From an uncultured Faecalibacterium sp. (GTDB taxonomy: Bacteria; Bacillota; Clostridia; Christensenellales; Aristaeellaceae), in contig CAZIUA010000003.1 of assembly GCA_964542315.1 (NCBI GenBank), forward strand, positions 3,679 through 67,678: a DNA stretch of 64,000 nt, in the 5' to 3' direction. Under the pieces are notes generated by a model that saw only the letters and a program-made list of their open reading frames with translations, made no database searches and was not told the DNA's origin. Made by a program: the position numbers and the translations under genes. Of this stretch, positions 27,485-36,309 are shown piece after piece (within the stretch, counting starts at the first letter, position 1; each line of letters starts with the position of its first letter).

Positions 27485-28678
27485 ATGACGAATCTGCTGC
27501 TGGCCGTGATCTACGCGGCCTTTATCAGCCTGGGACTGCCCGACGCACTGCTGGGTTCTGCCTGGCCGATCATGTATACCCGGATGGAGGTGCCGCTGTC
27601 CTATGCGGGGCTTGTGACCTTCACCATCGCCATGGGGACGGTGCTTTCCAGCCTGCAGAGCGACCGGCTGACGCGCCGTTTGGGTGCGGGCTGGGTGACG
27701 GCGATCTCCGTCGGCCTGACGGCACTGGCACTGCTGGGCTTTTCCATCTGCACTGAATTCTGGATGCTGCTGCTCTTTGCCATCCCCTATGGCCTGGGCG
27801 CGGGCAGCGTCGATGCGGCGCTGAACAACTATGTGGCGCTGCACTATTCCTCCCGGCACATGTCGTGGCTGCACTGCATGTGGGGCATCGGCGCATCTGT
27901 CGGGCCGTACATCATGGGCTGGGCGCTCTCCGGCGGGGACAACTGGCCCCTGGGCTATCGGACGGTCGGCGCGATCCAGGTCGGGCTGACGCTGCTCATC
28001 GTTTTCAGCCTGCCCCTGTGGAAAAAGCGCATCACCGTGCAGGCGGGCGAATCAACCCAGGAGGTCGCGCCTCAGGCCATTCCGCTGCGGACGCTCATCG
28101 CCCTTCCCGGTGCCAAGCAGGTCATGATGGCGTTCTTCTGCTACTGCGCGGTGGAATCCACGGCCGGCCTGTGGGCCAGCAGCTTTCTGGTGTTCCATCA
28201 CGGCCTGAGCGAGGGCACCGCTGCCGCCTGTGCGAGCCTGTTTTATCTGGGCATGACCGGCGGACGCGCGCTGAACGGCTTCGCAGCCGGACGCTTCAAC
28301 GACACGCAGCTGATCCGCGTGGGCCTGGGCGTGATGGTCGCGGGCGTCGTGGTGCTGCTGCTGCCGCTGGGCGAGACCGCGGCGAAGGCAGGGCTGCTGC
28401 TCTTTGGGCTGGGCTGTGCGCCGGTGTATCCGTGCATCATCCATTCCACGCCCCTGCGCTTTGGGGCGGAACGCAGCCAGGCCTTCATCGGGGTGCAGAT
28501 GGCCAGCGCGTACCTGGGCTCGACGTTCATGCCGCCGCTGTTCGGCCTGATCGCCAACCACATCTCCGCCGGACTCTACCCGGTCTATATCGGTGTGATC
28601 CTGCTGGTGCTGATCGTCATGCATGAGAGCCTTCGTCCCATTTCCCGCGAGGGACTTCGTCCCGATTCACGCGATTGA
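27485..28678 (+). CDS. MFS transporter
   Basis: 12-TM layout. GGAGGA lies 8 nt before the ATG at 27485. The longer track ORF from 27227 overlaps the previous gene and the promoter. The last codons lie in repeat family B. Confidence 0.85.
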   Translation: MTNLLLAVIYAAFISLGLPDALLGSAWPIMYTRMEVPLSYAGLVTFTIAMGTVLSSLQSDRLTRRLGAGWVTAISVGLTALALLGFSICTEFWMLLLFAIPYGLGAGSVDAALNNYVALHYSSRHMSWLHCMWGIGASVGPYIMGWALSGGDNWPLGYRTVGAIQVGLTLLIVFSLPLWKKRITVQAGESTQEVAPQAIPLRTLIALPGAKQVMMAFFCYCAVESTAGLWASSFLVFHHGLSEGTAAACASLFYLGMTGGRALNGFAAGRFNDTQLIRVGLGVMVAGVVVLLLPLGETAAKAGLLLFGLGCAPVYPCIIHSTPLRFGAERSQAFIGVQMASAYLGSTFMPPLFGLIANHISAGLYPVYIGVILLVLIVMHESLRPISREGLRPDSRD

Positions 28679-28710
28679 GTAAACGGATCATCCATGCAAT
28701 ATGCGCGTGG
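28651..28710 (+). repeat. intergenic repeat family B, copy 2
   Basis: GGGACTTCGTCCC...GAGTAAACGGATCATCCATGCAATATGCGCGTGG. An extra half-copy CCTTCGTCCCA lies at 28630-28640. Confidence 0.8.
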
Positions 28711-28826
28711 AGCAAGCTCTGCGAGGGCTTTCCGATCGCCCTCGCGCTCCTTCGGGGGGACCAAGTTGGTGAATTGCCATACAGCGCCCGCGCGGGGCAT
28801 GTCAAAGCAACAGGAGCGTGCAAAAA

Positions 28827-28871
28827 GGCTCCCTTGTGTAAAGGGAGCTGGCGCGCTCGCGCGACTGAGGG
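28827..28871 (+). repeat. intergenic repeat family A, diverged copy
   Basis: GGCTCCCTTGTGTAAAGGGAGCTGGCGCGCTCGCGCGACTGAGGG. It has the same two-hairpin layout, with both stems changed but still pairing. Confidence 0.6.
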
Positions 28872-28878
28872 ATTGATC

Positions 28879-28912
28879 AAAATGCCTCCGCCTTCCCTGG
28901 TGGGGGCATTTT
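28879..28912. terminator. bidirectional hairpin terminator
   Basis: AAAATGCC...GGCATTTT stem with flanking A and T runs. Confidence 0.65.
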
Positions 28913-28947
28913 GATGCGCCAAACCAGAAAAAATGTTCGCGCAGCCC

Positions 28948-28976
28948 TTGCGATTCATCCAGCAAGGCAGTATAAT
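28948..28976 (+). promoter_or_regulatory. sigma-A type promoter
   Basis: TTGCGA, 17-nt spacer, TATAAT. Confidence 0.55.
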
Positions 28977-29045
28977 GAAAGACAGAAACGATCTGTACAA
29001 AAGCTGTCCGCCATCCCCCTTGAACCGCCTCGGGAGGTCTTGCGA

Positions 29046-29603
29046 ATGAATGCAAAGGACGCATATACCCTGCTGGAAACCCTGTTGGATGGCATTGACC
29101 CCATCACGGGTGACATGCTCCCGGAGGAGCATGTCTGTCAGGAGCCGGCTGTGCTTCGGGCGCTGCACAGAGCGCTGGCGGCACTGCAAAATGACATGGA
29201 AAAGGCAGCCAATGCTGAATTCACCACTGACGCGGAACGAAAGTCACGCTATCCCCGAGCCGGAAAGCCTTGGACGGAGGAGGATGACGAAACACTGCTG
29301 GAAATGTGGAAACGCGGTGAAAGCACACACCGCATCGCCAAAACACTCCAGCGTTCTTCCTATGCGGTTTATCGTCGTATGGAACAGTTTTGCATGGATA
29401 CCACGCCGGACGCGCCGCCGCTTTTGCCGCCATGGTCACTGGCGGATGTGCAGAAGCTACAGCGGATGCATGCCAGCGGCTGCACTGCCGAGGAGATCGC
29501 CAAGGAGATGCGCCGCCCGGTGGAGAGCATCAGCGCTCGCCTGTTCTATATGGGGCTGTCCAAGAAAGCGCCCATTTCCCTCCAACCGCAGGAACCAACC
29601 TGA
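29046..29603 (+). CDS. protein with two Myb/SANT-like helix-turn-helix repeats
   Basis: Two internal repeats: KPWTEEDDETLLEMWKRGESTHRIAKTLQRSSYAVYRRM and PPWSLADVQKLQRMHASGCTAEEIAKEMRRPVESISARL. The start is placed downstream of the promoter. Confidence 0.55.
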   Translation: MNAKDAYTLLETLLDGIDPITGDMLPEEHVCQEPAVLRALHRALAALQNDMEKAANAEFTTDAERKSRYPRAGKPWTEEDDETLLEMWKRGESTHRIAKTLQRSSYAVYRRMEQFCMDTTPDAPPLLPPWSLADVQKLQRMHASGCTAEEIAKEMRRPVESISARLFYMGLSKKAPISLQPQEPT

Positions 29604-29728
29604 CCAGACCATCGCTCCGCCTTTTCCGGCGGAGTTTTCGTTTGCCGTGAATTGATGTGGCAGGGCATCCTGAACTGTGCTATAATAGAAGGAATGAATC
29701 CGGCGAGCAAATCATCGGGGAGGCCGAA

Positions 29729-30205
29729 ATGATGCATCTTGCTGAACAAACCATTGCTGTGCTGGCGGAGCGCAAGCTGACCTGCGCCGCCTGCGAGAGC
29801 CTGACCGGCGGATTGATCTGCGCCACGCTGGTGGATGTCCCCGGAGCATCCGCAGTCGTGCGCGGCGGACTGGTCACCTATCAGACGGACACAAAGACCC
29901 TGCTGGCGGGGGTGGACGCAGCGCTGATCGCCGAGAAGGGCGTCGTCAGCGTGGAGGTCGCCCGTGCCATGGCGGAAGGCACGCGCCTGCGCCTGGGGGT
30001 GGATATCGCCGTCAGCGCGACAGGGCTGGCCGGGCCGGGCGGCGGTACGCCCGAACTGCCCGTGGGAACGGTGTGCATCGGGATCAGCACGAGCCGCGAG
30101 ACCCGTGCGGTTCGCCTGCTTTTGTCCGGGGATCGCGCGGAGATCCGTCGTCAGGCCGTGGAGCATGCCATACAGACCATCTACGATGCGGCGATGGGGA
30201 TGTGA
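29729..30205 (+). CDS. pncC: CinA C-terminal domain protein / nicotinamide-nucleotide amidohydrolase
   Basis: LTCAACESLTGGLI...VSATGLAGPGGG...GTVCIG is the classic CinA_C pattern. GGGGAGG lies before the ATG. Confidence 0.85.
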   Translation: MMHLAEQTIAVLAERKLTCAACESLTGGLICATLVDVPGASAVVRGGLVTYQTDTKTLLAGVDAALIAEKGVVSVEVARAMAEGTRLRLGVDIAVSATGLAGPGGGTPELPVGTVCIGISTSRETRAVRLLLSGDRAEIRRQAVEHAIQTIYDAAMGM

Positions 30206-30223
30206 GGGGCGTTGCAGGAACGT

Positions 30224-30270
30224 ACACCTCATCAGTCGCTGCGGCGACAGCTTTCCCTCAAGGGGAAGCC
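30224..30270 (-). repeat. intergenic repeat family A, copy 2 (inverted)
   Basis: Its reverse complement matches 26096-26142 with one mismatch. Confidence 0.9.
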
Positions 30271-30391
30271 GAAGGTATGCCGCGCGTAGTCCTTGCCCTG
30301 TTTCCTGCCTGCAGGCGGTGATGAAGGGTACAGAGACGCTCAATTCATCATTCATCATGCCTAATTCCTCATTTTGTAAAGGGGTACTTTT

Positions 30392-31639
30392 ATGAACTGG
30401 AAACTCGTCTTCCTCATTCTGTTCACCCTGCAGCATGCCTACACGCTGGTGCTGAACATCGTCCAGCGGCGCAGCGCGAAGAATCCGACCCCTGCGAATG
30501 TGGCGGATGTCTACGACGCGGACACCTATCATCGCTGGCAGCGGTATCACGCCGAGAACAGCCGCCTGTCCATCCTGCGGACGCTGGTGTCCTGGGTGCT
30601 GACCATGGCGCTGCTGGGCTTTGATGTGTATGCGCGGGTGGCGGCGCATTTCCCGGCGAATGGCTTCATGCAGCTGCTTTCCGTGCTGCTGACGTCCTCC
30701 GTGGTGGAAACGGTGGCCTTCCTCGGCTTCAGCTGGGTGAACACGATGGTGATCGAGCAGAAATACGGCTTCAACCGCAGCACGGTCAAGACCTTCGTGA
30801 CCGACCAGATCCGCAGTTTCGTGCTGGAGCTGCTGCTGTCCGTCCTGCTGTCCTGGCTGCTGATGTGCATCCACCTGGCGCTGGGCGACTGGATGGCACT
30901 GGCCTTCACTGGTGCTGTGTTTGTGTTCACGCTGGCGATCTCCTTCCTGTATGGCCCTGTGTTCAGCCGCATGGGCAACAAATTCGTCCCCCTGGAGGAA
31001 GGCGAACTGCGCACGCGGCTGATGGCGCTGCTGGAGAAGCACGGCTATCAGGTCAAGGCCATCGAGGTGATGGATGCCTCCCGCCGCACGACGAAGCTCA
31101 ATGCGTACTTCACCGGATTCGGCAAGATGAAGCGCATTGTGCTGTATGACAACCTTGTCAACGCCATGAATACGGATGAGATCTGCGCGGTGTTCGCCCA
31201 TGAGCTGGGGCATGGCCTGCACAAGGATGTGCCCAAGCAGCAGATCATGAACCTGGGCAACCTGCTGCTGATGTCCGTGGTGCTGTGGCTTACCGTCCGC
31301 ACGCCCGCCATGCACACGGCCTTTGGCTTCAGTGCAGTGAACTACGGATTTGCGTTCGTCCTGTTCAGCGGATTGATGGGGCTGCTCCAGCCGCTGACGG
31401 GCATGGTGACGAATGCCTACAGCCGCCACGCGGAATTCCGCGCCGATGCGCAGGCCGTCAAGGAGGGCTACGGCGAGGCGATGGTCATCGGGCTGAAGAA
31501 GCTGGCGAAGGAGAACTTCTCCCACTTGGCGCCGTCTAAGGCACTGGTGGTGCTGGAATATAGCCATCCGCCGCTGAGTGAGCGTATCGCGGCCATCCAG
31601 CGGCAGGAGAAATCCGCCGGAACATCCGCTTCTGCTTGA
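30392..31639 (+). CDS. M48 family (Ste24/HtpX-like) membrane zinc metallopeptidase
   Basis: HELGH zinc motif, a multi-TM N-terminal half, and SHPPLSERI near the C-terminus. Confidence 0.85.
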   Translation: MNWKLVFLILFTLQHAYTLVLNIVQRRSAKNPTPANVADVYDADTYHRWQRYHAENSRLSILRTLVSWVLTMALLGFDVYARVAAHFPANGFMQLLSVLLTSSVVETVAFLGFSWVNTMVIEQKYGFNRSTVKTFVTDQIRSFVLELLLSVLLSWLLMCIHLALGDWMALAFTGAVFVFTLAISFLYGPVFSRMGNKFVPLEEGELRTRLMALLEKHGYQVKAIEVMDASRRTTKLNAYFTGFGKMKRIVLYDNLVNAMNTDEICAVFAHELGHGLHKDVPKQQIMNLGNLLLMSVVLWLTVRTPAMHTAFGFSAVNYGFAFVLFSGLMGLLQPLTGMVTNAYSRHAEFRADAQAVKEGYGEAMVIGLKKLAKENFSHLAPSKALVVLEYSHPPLSERIAAIQRQEKSAGTSASA

Positions 31640-31664
31640 CAAATCGGGCCGATGCGCCTATGAT
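31636..31664 (+). promoter_or_regulatory. sigma-A type promoter for glyQS
   Basis: TTGACA, 17-nt spacer, TATGAT. The M48 stop codon TGA lies inside the -35 hexamer. Confidence 0.55.
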
Positions 31665-31725
31665 AAAACGGTATGAAAATCGGGCGTGCCACGCCAGGCA
31701 CGTACCATCAAGGAGGAAATACACA

Positions 31726-33111
31726 ATGGCTGAACTGACGATGGACAAACTCAAGGCACTGTGCCAGAACCGCGGCTTCATCTTCGCCGGCTCCGAAATT
31801 TACGGTGGCCTGGCCAACACCTGGGACTTCGGCCCCCTGGGCGTGGAGTTCAAGAACAATATCAAGAAGGCCTGGTGGAAGAAATTCGTCCAGGAGAGCC
31901 CCTACAACACCGGCCTGGACTGCGGCATCCTCATGAACCGCGAGGTGTGGGTCGCTTCCGGCCATGTGGGCGGCTTCAACGATCCGCTGATGGACTGCAA
32001 GGCCTGCAAGGCGCGCTTCCGTGCCGATAAGCTCATCGAGGACTTCACCAAGGGCGCCGAGACCGGCGACGGCTGGAAGAACGAGGAGCTGGAAGCCTAC
32101 ATCAACGAGCATGACATCGTCTGCCCCGTCTGCGGCAAGAAGGATTTCACCGGCATCCGCCAGTTCAACCTGATGTTCAAGACCCACCTGGGCGTGAATG
32201 AGTCCAACGCCACCGAGGTGCTCCTGCGCCCCGAGACCGCCCAGGGCATCTTCGTCAACTTCCTCAACACCATGCGCACCACCCGCAAGAAGCTGCCTGC
32301 GGGCATCTGCCAGATCGGCAAGTCCTTCCGCAACGAGATCACCCCCGGCAACTTCATCTTCCGCGTGCTGGAATTCGAGCAGATGGAGCTGGAATTCTTC
32401 TGCAAGCCCGGTGAGGATCTGGAGTGGTTCCAGTATTGGCGCTCCTTCTGCAAGAACTGGCTGCTGAATCTGGGCCTGAAGGAAGAAAAGCTCCGCCTGC
32501 GCGACCATGAGCCGGAGAAGCTGGCCTTCTACTCCAAGGCAACCACTGACTTCGAGTACCTGTTCCCCTTCGGCTGGGGCGAGCTGTGGGGCATTGCCGA
32601 CCGCACTGATTATGACCTGAAGCAGCATCAGGAGCATTCTGGCAAGTCCATGGAATACCTCGATCCCGTCACCAATGAGCGCTACATCCCCTATTGTGTG
32701 GAGCCCTCCGTCGGCGTGGAGCGTCTGGTGCTGGCCTTCCTGTGCAATGCCTATGAGGAGCAGGTGCTGGATGCGGAGAAGAACGACGTCCGTACCGTGC
32801 TGCATCTGCATCCGGCGCTGGCGCCCTACAAGGCGGCCGTCCTGCCCCTGCAGAAGAACAAGCTGGGCGACAAGGCGCGCGAGGTGCATGCGCAGCTGGC
32901 GAAGTACTTCCCCGTGGAATACGACGAGACCGGCTCCATCGGCAAGCGTTATCGCCGTCAGGACGAGATCGGCACGCCCTTCTGCATCTGCGTGGACTTC
33001 GACACCGAGGAGACCGGCACCGTCACCGTCCGCGACCGCGACACCATGGAGCAGGAGCGCGTGGCCATCGCCGACCTGCGCCGCTACATCGAGGAGAAGA
33101 TGGAGTTCTGA
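31726..33111 (+). CDS. glyQS: glycine--tRNA ligase (alpha2 dimeric type)
   Basis: N-terminus ...[25 protein letters not shown], class II synthetase blocks and about 461 aa. AAGGAGGAAA lies before the ATG. Confidence 0.95.
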   Translation: MAELTMDKLKALCQNRGFIFAGSEIYGGLANTWDFGPLGVEFKNNIKKAWWKKFVQESPYNTGLDCGILMNREVWVASGHVGGFNDPLMDCKACKARFRADKLIEDFTKGAETGDGWKNEELEAYINEHDIVCPVCGKKDFTGIRQFNLMFKTHLGVNESNATEVLLRPETAQGIFVNFLNTMRTTRKKLPAGICQIGKSFRNEITPGNFIFRVLEFEQMELEFFCKPGEDLEWFQYWRSFCKNWLLNLGLKEEKLRLRDHEPEKLAFYSKATTDFEYLFPFGWGELWGIADRTDYDLKQHQEHSGKSMEYLDPVTNERYIPYCVEPSVGVERLVLAFLCNAYEEQVLDAEKNDVRTVLHLHPALAPYKAAVLPLQKNKLGDKAREVHAQLAKYFPVEYDETGSIGKRYRRQDEIGTPFCICVDFDTEETGTVTVRDRDTMEQERVAIADLRRYIEEKMEF

Positions 33112-33134
33112 GGAGCGCCTGAGGAGGACATAAG

Positions 33135-34139
33135 ATGAAAAAACTGACTGCACTGCTGCTGACGTTCCTTTTCGCCCTGTCCGCCTGCACTGCTGCGCTG
33201 GCCTGGAGCTGCCCGTCCTGCGGCACGGAGGGCAACGGAAACTTCTGCGCCGAATGCGGCACGAAGCGCCCCGAGGAGAATATCTGCCCGAATTGCGGCA
33301 CGAATTATGGCAGCGAGAAGCCGAATTTCTGCATGGAATGCGGCACCCGTCTGACCGCTGCGGCCCCCACTGAGGCGCCTGCTGCTGCACCTACCGCAGC
33401 GCCCGCACCCGAGCAGAAGTACCTCGCGACCTCCAGCAGCGGGGTGAACATCGTCAGCGTCGAAACGCAGGAGAACGGCTTTGTTACCATCACCTGGGAC
33501 GACCTGAAAGACAACGGCCCGTACATGGCGCGCTTCGTGTCTGTGACCACCGGTGATTTCAACACCGACTGGAACAACAACGTCGCTCGCAGCGAGGCAT
33601 CCGATATCAGCGCGCTGAGCTACACCTATCAGTACCTCGTGCCGGGTGAGTCCTACTGGCTGGTCATCACCAACGCGGACAGGGACGGCGTGTACTACAA
33701 GTATGTTTCGCGCCCGGCCGAAGCCTTCGCGGATTTCGAGACCACTGTGTTCGTCAAGCCCCTCATGAGCCTGACGCTGGGGGATGTTTCCTCCCCGATG
33801 GAAGTGAGCAGCTTCTCTGCGGCGGAAATCGCCCTGCAGAACAGCGAACATGGCCTGTATGTGCAGCTGGATTACCCCGCACTGGACAGCGACATGGAAT
33901 ACGCCGCGCAGGAAGTGTTCACCGATCCGAACGGTTTCGCGCTGGTGGATGGCAGCCACACGCTCCCCTTCATCGCGTATGAAGAGGGCGGCTATCGCTA
34001 CTGGGACTTCTACGACCTGGCCTGGTACTTTAATGTCCTGAGCTATCAGTATGAGACCCTGCCCACGGGCACTTACACCATGAGCTTCTATCTGGATGGC
34101 GAGCTCGCGGCTGAAACGTCCTTCATCATCACGGACTAA
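33135..34139 (+). CDS. putative lipoprotein with two N-terminal zinc-ribbon motifs and a C-terminal domain of unknown function
   Basis: Signal plus lipobox-like LSAC. Then CPSCG...CAECG and CPNCG...CMECG, an Ala/Pro linker, and about 230 aa of unknown fold. Confidence 0.65.
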   Translation: MKKLTALLLTFLFALSACTAALAWSCPSCGTEGNGNFCAECGTKRPEENICPNCGTNYGSEKPNFCMECGTRLTAAAPTEAPAAAPTAAPAPEQKYLATSSSGVNIVSVETQENGFVTITWDDLKDNGPYMARFVSVTTGDFNTDWNNNVARSEASDISALSYTYQYLVPGESYWLVITNADRDGVYYKYVSRPAEAFADFETTVFVKPLMSLTLGDVSSPMEVSSFSAAEIALQNSEHGLYVQLDYPALDSDMEYAAQEVFTDPNGFALVDGSHTLPFIAYEEGGYRYWDFYDLAWYFNVLSYQYETLPTGTYTMSFYLDGELAAETSFIITD

Positions 34140-34184
34140 GCGAATATCATCAGGGCTTCCGCAGTGCAAAACTGCGGAAGCCCT

Positions 34185-34372
34185 CAGGGTGTCAAAAAAG
34201 TGGCGAAAGCCACTTTTTTGAGTTTGCACTCCGTCACTGTCAGGGCCGCAAGCAGCCCTGACGGCCGTTCCTCCGTGTAAAGAAGCGATTATTGCAAGCA
34301 AAATCGCCCGAAAATCGCCGCACATGTCGCTGATTTTCGATTTGCAGTCTGCCGACAGCGAGCAACTGACGC
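34185..34372 (-). repeat. 188-bp structured repeat family C, copy 1
   Basis: Its reverse complement aligns along its whole length with 50837-51024 (about nine positions in ten by manual alignment). Confidence 0.9.
34194..34219. terminator. bidirectional terminator embedded in repeat C
   Basis: AAAAAAGTGGC-GAAA-GCCACTTTTTT. Confidence 0.8.
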
Positions 34373-34577
34373 CCTCAGTTTGTCCCCTCTGCCCGATCGT
34401 GAAACGAGGCGAAACCACCGCGTGAAAACGAGGCGAAACCTCCGCCGGAAGGAGGGCGTTTCCTCCCCTTGGACACCATGTTAGTCGGATCGGGGCAATA
34501 TCTTTCCAATCGATGCAGGAAATGCATAGGTGAAGGGCGAATATGTTCATGACAATGCCGAAAAGGAGAACATCACG

Positions 34578-34817
34578 ATGAACGATATGCAAAAGCTGCT
34601 GACCATCCTTCGCGACGTAAACGAGGATGTGGACTTTGAGACCGAAAAGGCGCTGGTGGACGATGGGCTGATCGACTCCTTCGACATCAATGTGATGATT
34701 GGTGCGCTGGATGAAGCGTATGACATCCACATCGAGGTGGGGGACATCGAGCCGGAGAACTTCAACAGCGTGGAGGCCATTCTGGCGACGGTGAAGCGCT
34801 ATCAGGAGGCCAAATGA
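34578..34817 (+). CDS. D-alanyl carrier protein-like acyl carrier protein
   Basis: 79 aa. GLIDSFD carries the phosphopantetheine-serine context as in DltC (LLDSF). AAAAGGAGAA lies before the ATG. Confidence 0.75.
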   Translation: MNDMQKLLTILRDVNEDVDFETEKALVDDGLIDSFDINVMIGALDEAYDIHIEVGDIEPENFNSVEAILATVKRYQEAK

Positions 34818-36286
34818 TCCGCAATGTACTGCGCTGGCTGGAGGATACCGCGCAGCGCGATCCGCAGCACATCGCCTTTGCGGATGACCAGATGGCGCTG
34901 ACCTGGGAACAGGTGATGCAGCGCGCGCAGGAGATCGGCTCCTGCCTGCACCGGCTGATCCAGCCCCAGACCCCCGTGCTGGTGTATATGGACAAATCGC
35001 CGGATTGCATCGCGGCCATGCTCGGCGCGGTGTACGCGGGCTGCTTCTATACGCCCATTGACCCGGCCATGCCGGTCAGTCGCATGGAGCGGATCGTTTC
35101 CGTGCTTCAGCCGGGATGCATCCTCTGCCAGGGGCGGTACCGGGCGCAGGCGGAAGCACTGGGCAACGGGCGCAATGTGCTCACGGTGGAGGACATCGCC
35201 GCGCAGGTGGATCATGCCGGTCTGGCCGAGGTGCGCGCGCAGCATATGGACAACGACCTGCTGTATGTGCTCTTCACCAGCGGCTCTACCGGACTGCCCA
35301 AGGGCGTGGCCATCACCCACCGGTCGGTCATCGACTTTATCGAGTGGGCCTGCGAGACGCTGAATATCGATGCGGATTGCGTCTTTGGCAATCAGGCGCC
35401 GCTGTATTTTGATAATTCCGTGCTGGATATCTACTGCGCCGTCCGCATGGGCGCGGCGGTGCATTTTATTCCGCGGAAGTATTTCACCTTCCCCGGCAAA
35501 ATGACGGAATACCTGTCGGAAAAGGCGATCAACACCATCTTCTGGGTGCCGTCTGCGCTGACGGCGGTGGCGAATGCGGGTGCGCTGGAGAAGTGCGTCC
35601 CGGATGGGCTGGAGCGGGTCTTTTTCTGCGGCGAAGCCATGCCCTGCAAGACCCTCAACGCCTGGCGCGCTGCGCTGCCCGAGGCGCGCTATGTCAACAT
35701 GTATGGCCCGACGGAGATCACCGATGTGTGCACCTATTTCCCGGTGGCGCGCCCCTTTGCCGATGCGGAACCGCTGCCCATCGGCTTCCCCTGCGCCAAT
35801 GCGCGGGTGTTCCTGGTGGACGGGGAGATCTGCGTGGCAGGCACCTGCCTGTCACCGGGGTATTACAATGCGCCGGAAAAGACGGCGGAGGTCTTCGTGC
35901 GCAATCCGCTGCGCCGGGGCATCGACGAAACGATGTACCGCACGGGCGATCTGGGCGCGTATAACGACCGGGGAGAATTGATGTTCCTGGGGCGGAAAGA
36001 TTCGCAGATCAAGCGTCAGGGCTACCGGATCGAGCTGGGCGAGATCGAATGCGCCCTGTGCGCCCATCCTCAGGTGAAGGTCGGATGCTGCCTCTATGAC
36101 GCGCAGACGGAGCGCATTCTCGCGGTCTATACCGGGGATGCGGAGAGCAAGCAGCTCCTGCGCGCGATGAAGGAGCAGCTGCCGAAGTATATGCTGCCGG
36201 ATGCGCTGATCCAGCGGGAGGAGATGCCGCTGACGGGCAATGGCAAGATCGATCGTGTACGACTGAAAAACGAGGTCGTTGGCTGA
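34814..36286 (+). CDS. stand-alone adenylation enzyme, DltA-like (adenylase 1)
   Basis: LLYVLFTSGSTGLPKGV, YGPTE, YRTGDL, GRKDSQIKRQGYRIELGEIE, GNGKIDR. Retains FCGE at the position of the DltA pocket cysteine. ATGA overlap with the carrier gene. Confidence 0.85.
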   Translation: MIRNVLRWLEDTAQRDPQHIAFADDQMALTWEQVMQRAQEIGSCLHRLIQPQTPVLVYMDKSPDCIAAMLGAVYAGCFYTPIDPAMPVSRMERIVSVLQPGCILCQGRYRAQAEALGNGRNVLTVEDIAAQVDHAGLAEVRAQHMDNDLLYVLFTSGSTGLPKGVAITHRSVIDFIEWACETLNIDADCVFGNQAPLYFDNSVLDIYCAVRMGAAVHFIPRKYFTFPGKMTEYLSEKAINTIFWVPSALTAVANAGALEKCVPDGLERVFFCGEAMPCKTLNAWRAALPEARYVNMYGPTEITDVCTYFPVARPFADAEPLPIGFPCANARVFLVDGEICVAGTCLSPGYYNAPEKTAEVFVRNPLRRGIDETMYRTGDLGAYNDRGELMFLGRKDSQIKRQGYRIELGEIECALCAHPQVKVGCCLYDAQTERILAVYTGDAESKQLLRAMKEQLPKYMLPDALIQREEMPLTGNGKIDRVRLKNEVVG

Positions 36287-36309
36287 CCTCGGCGTGGAGG
36301 AGGCTGCGC

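Noticed and set aside
31400-31725. The expected glycine T-box riboswitch upstream of glyQS.
   Set aside because: The intergenic space is only 86 nt and contains a near-consensus promoter. I saw no T-box conserved motif or specifier/antiterminator architecture by eye. It is kept as a finding about absence rather than as a feature.
34140-34577. Possible small genes or a DltX-like mini-ORF in the 440-bp gap before the carrier gene.
   Set aside because: No ORF with an RBS and a hydrophobic DltX-like sequence is present. The left half is repeat C and the right half is better explained as a structured leader.
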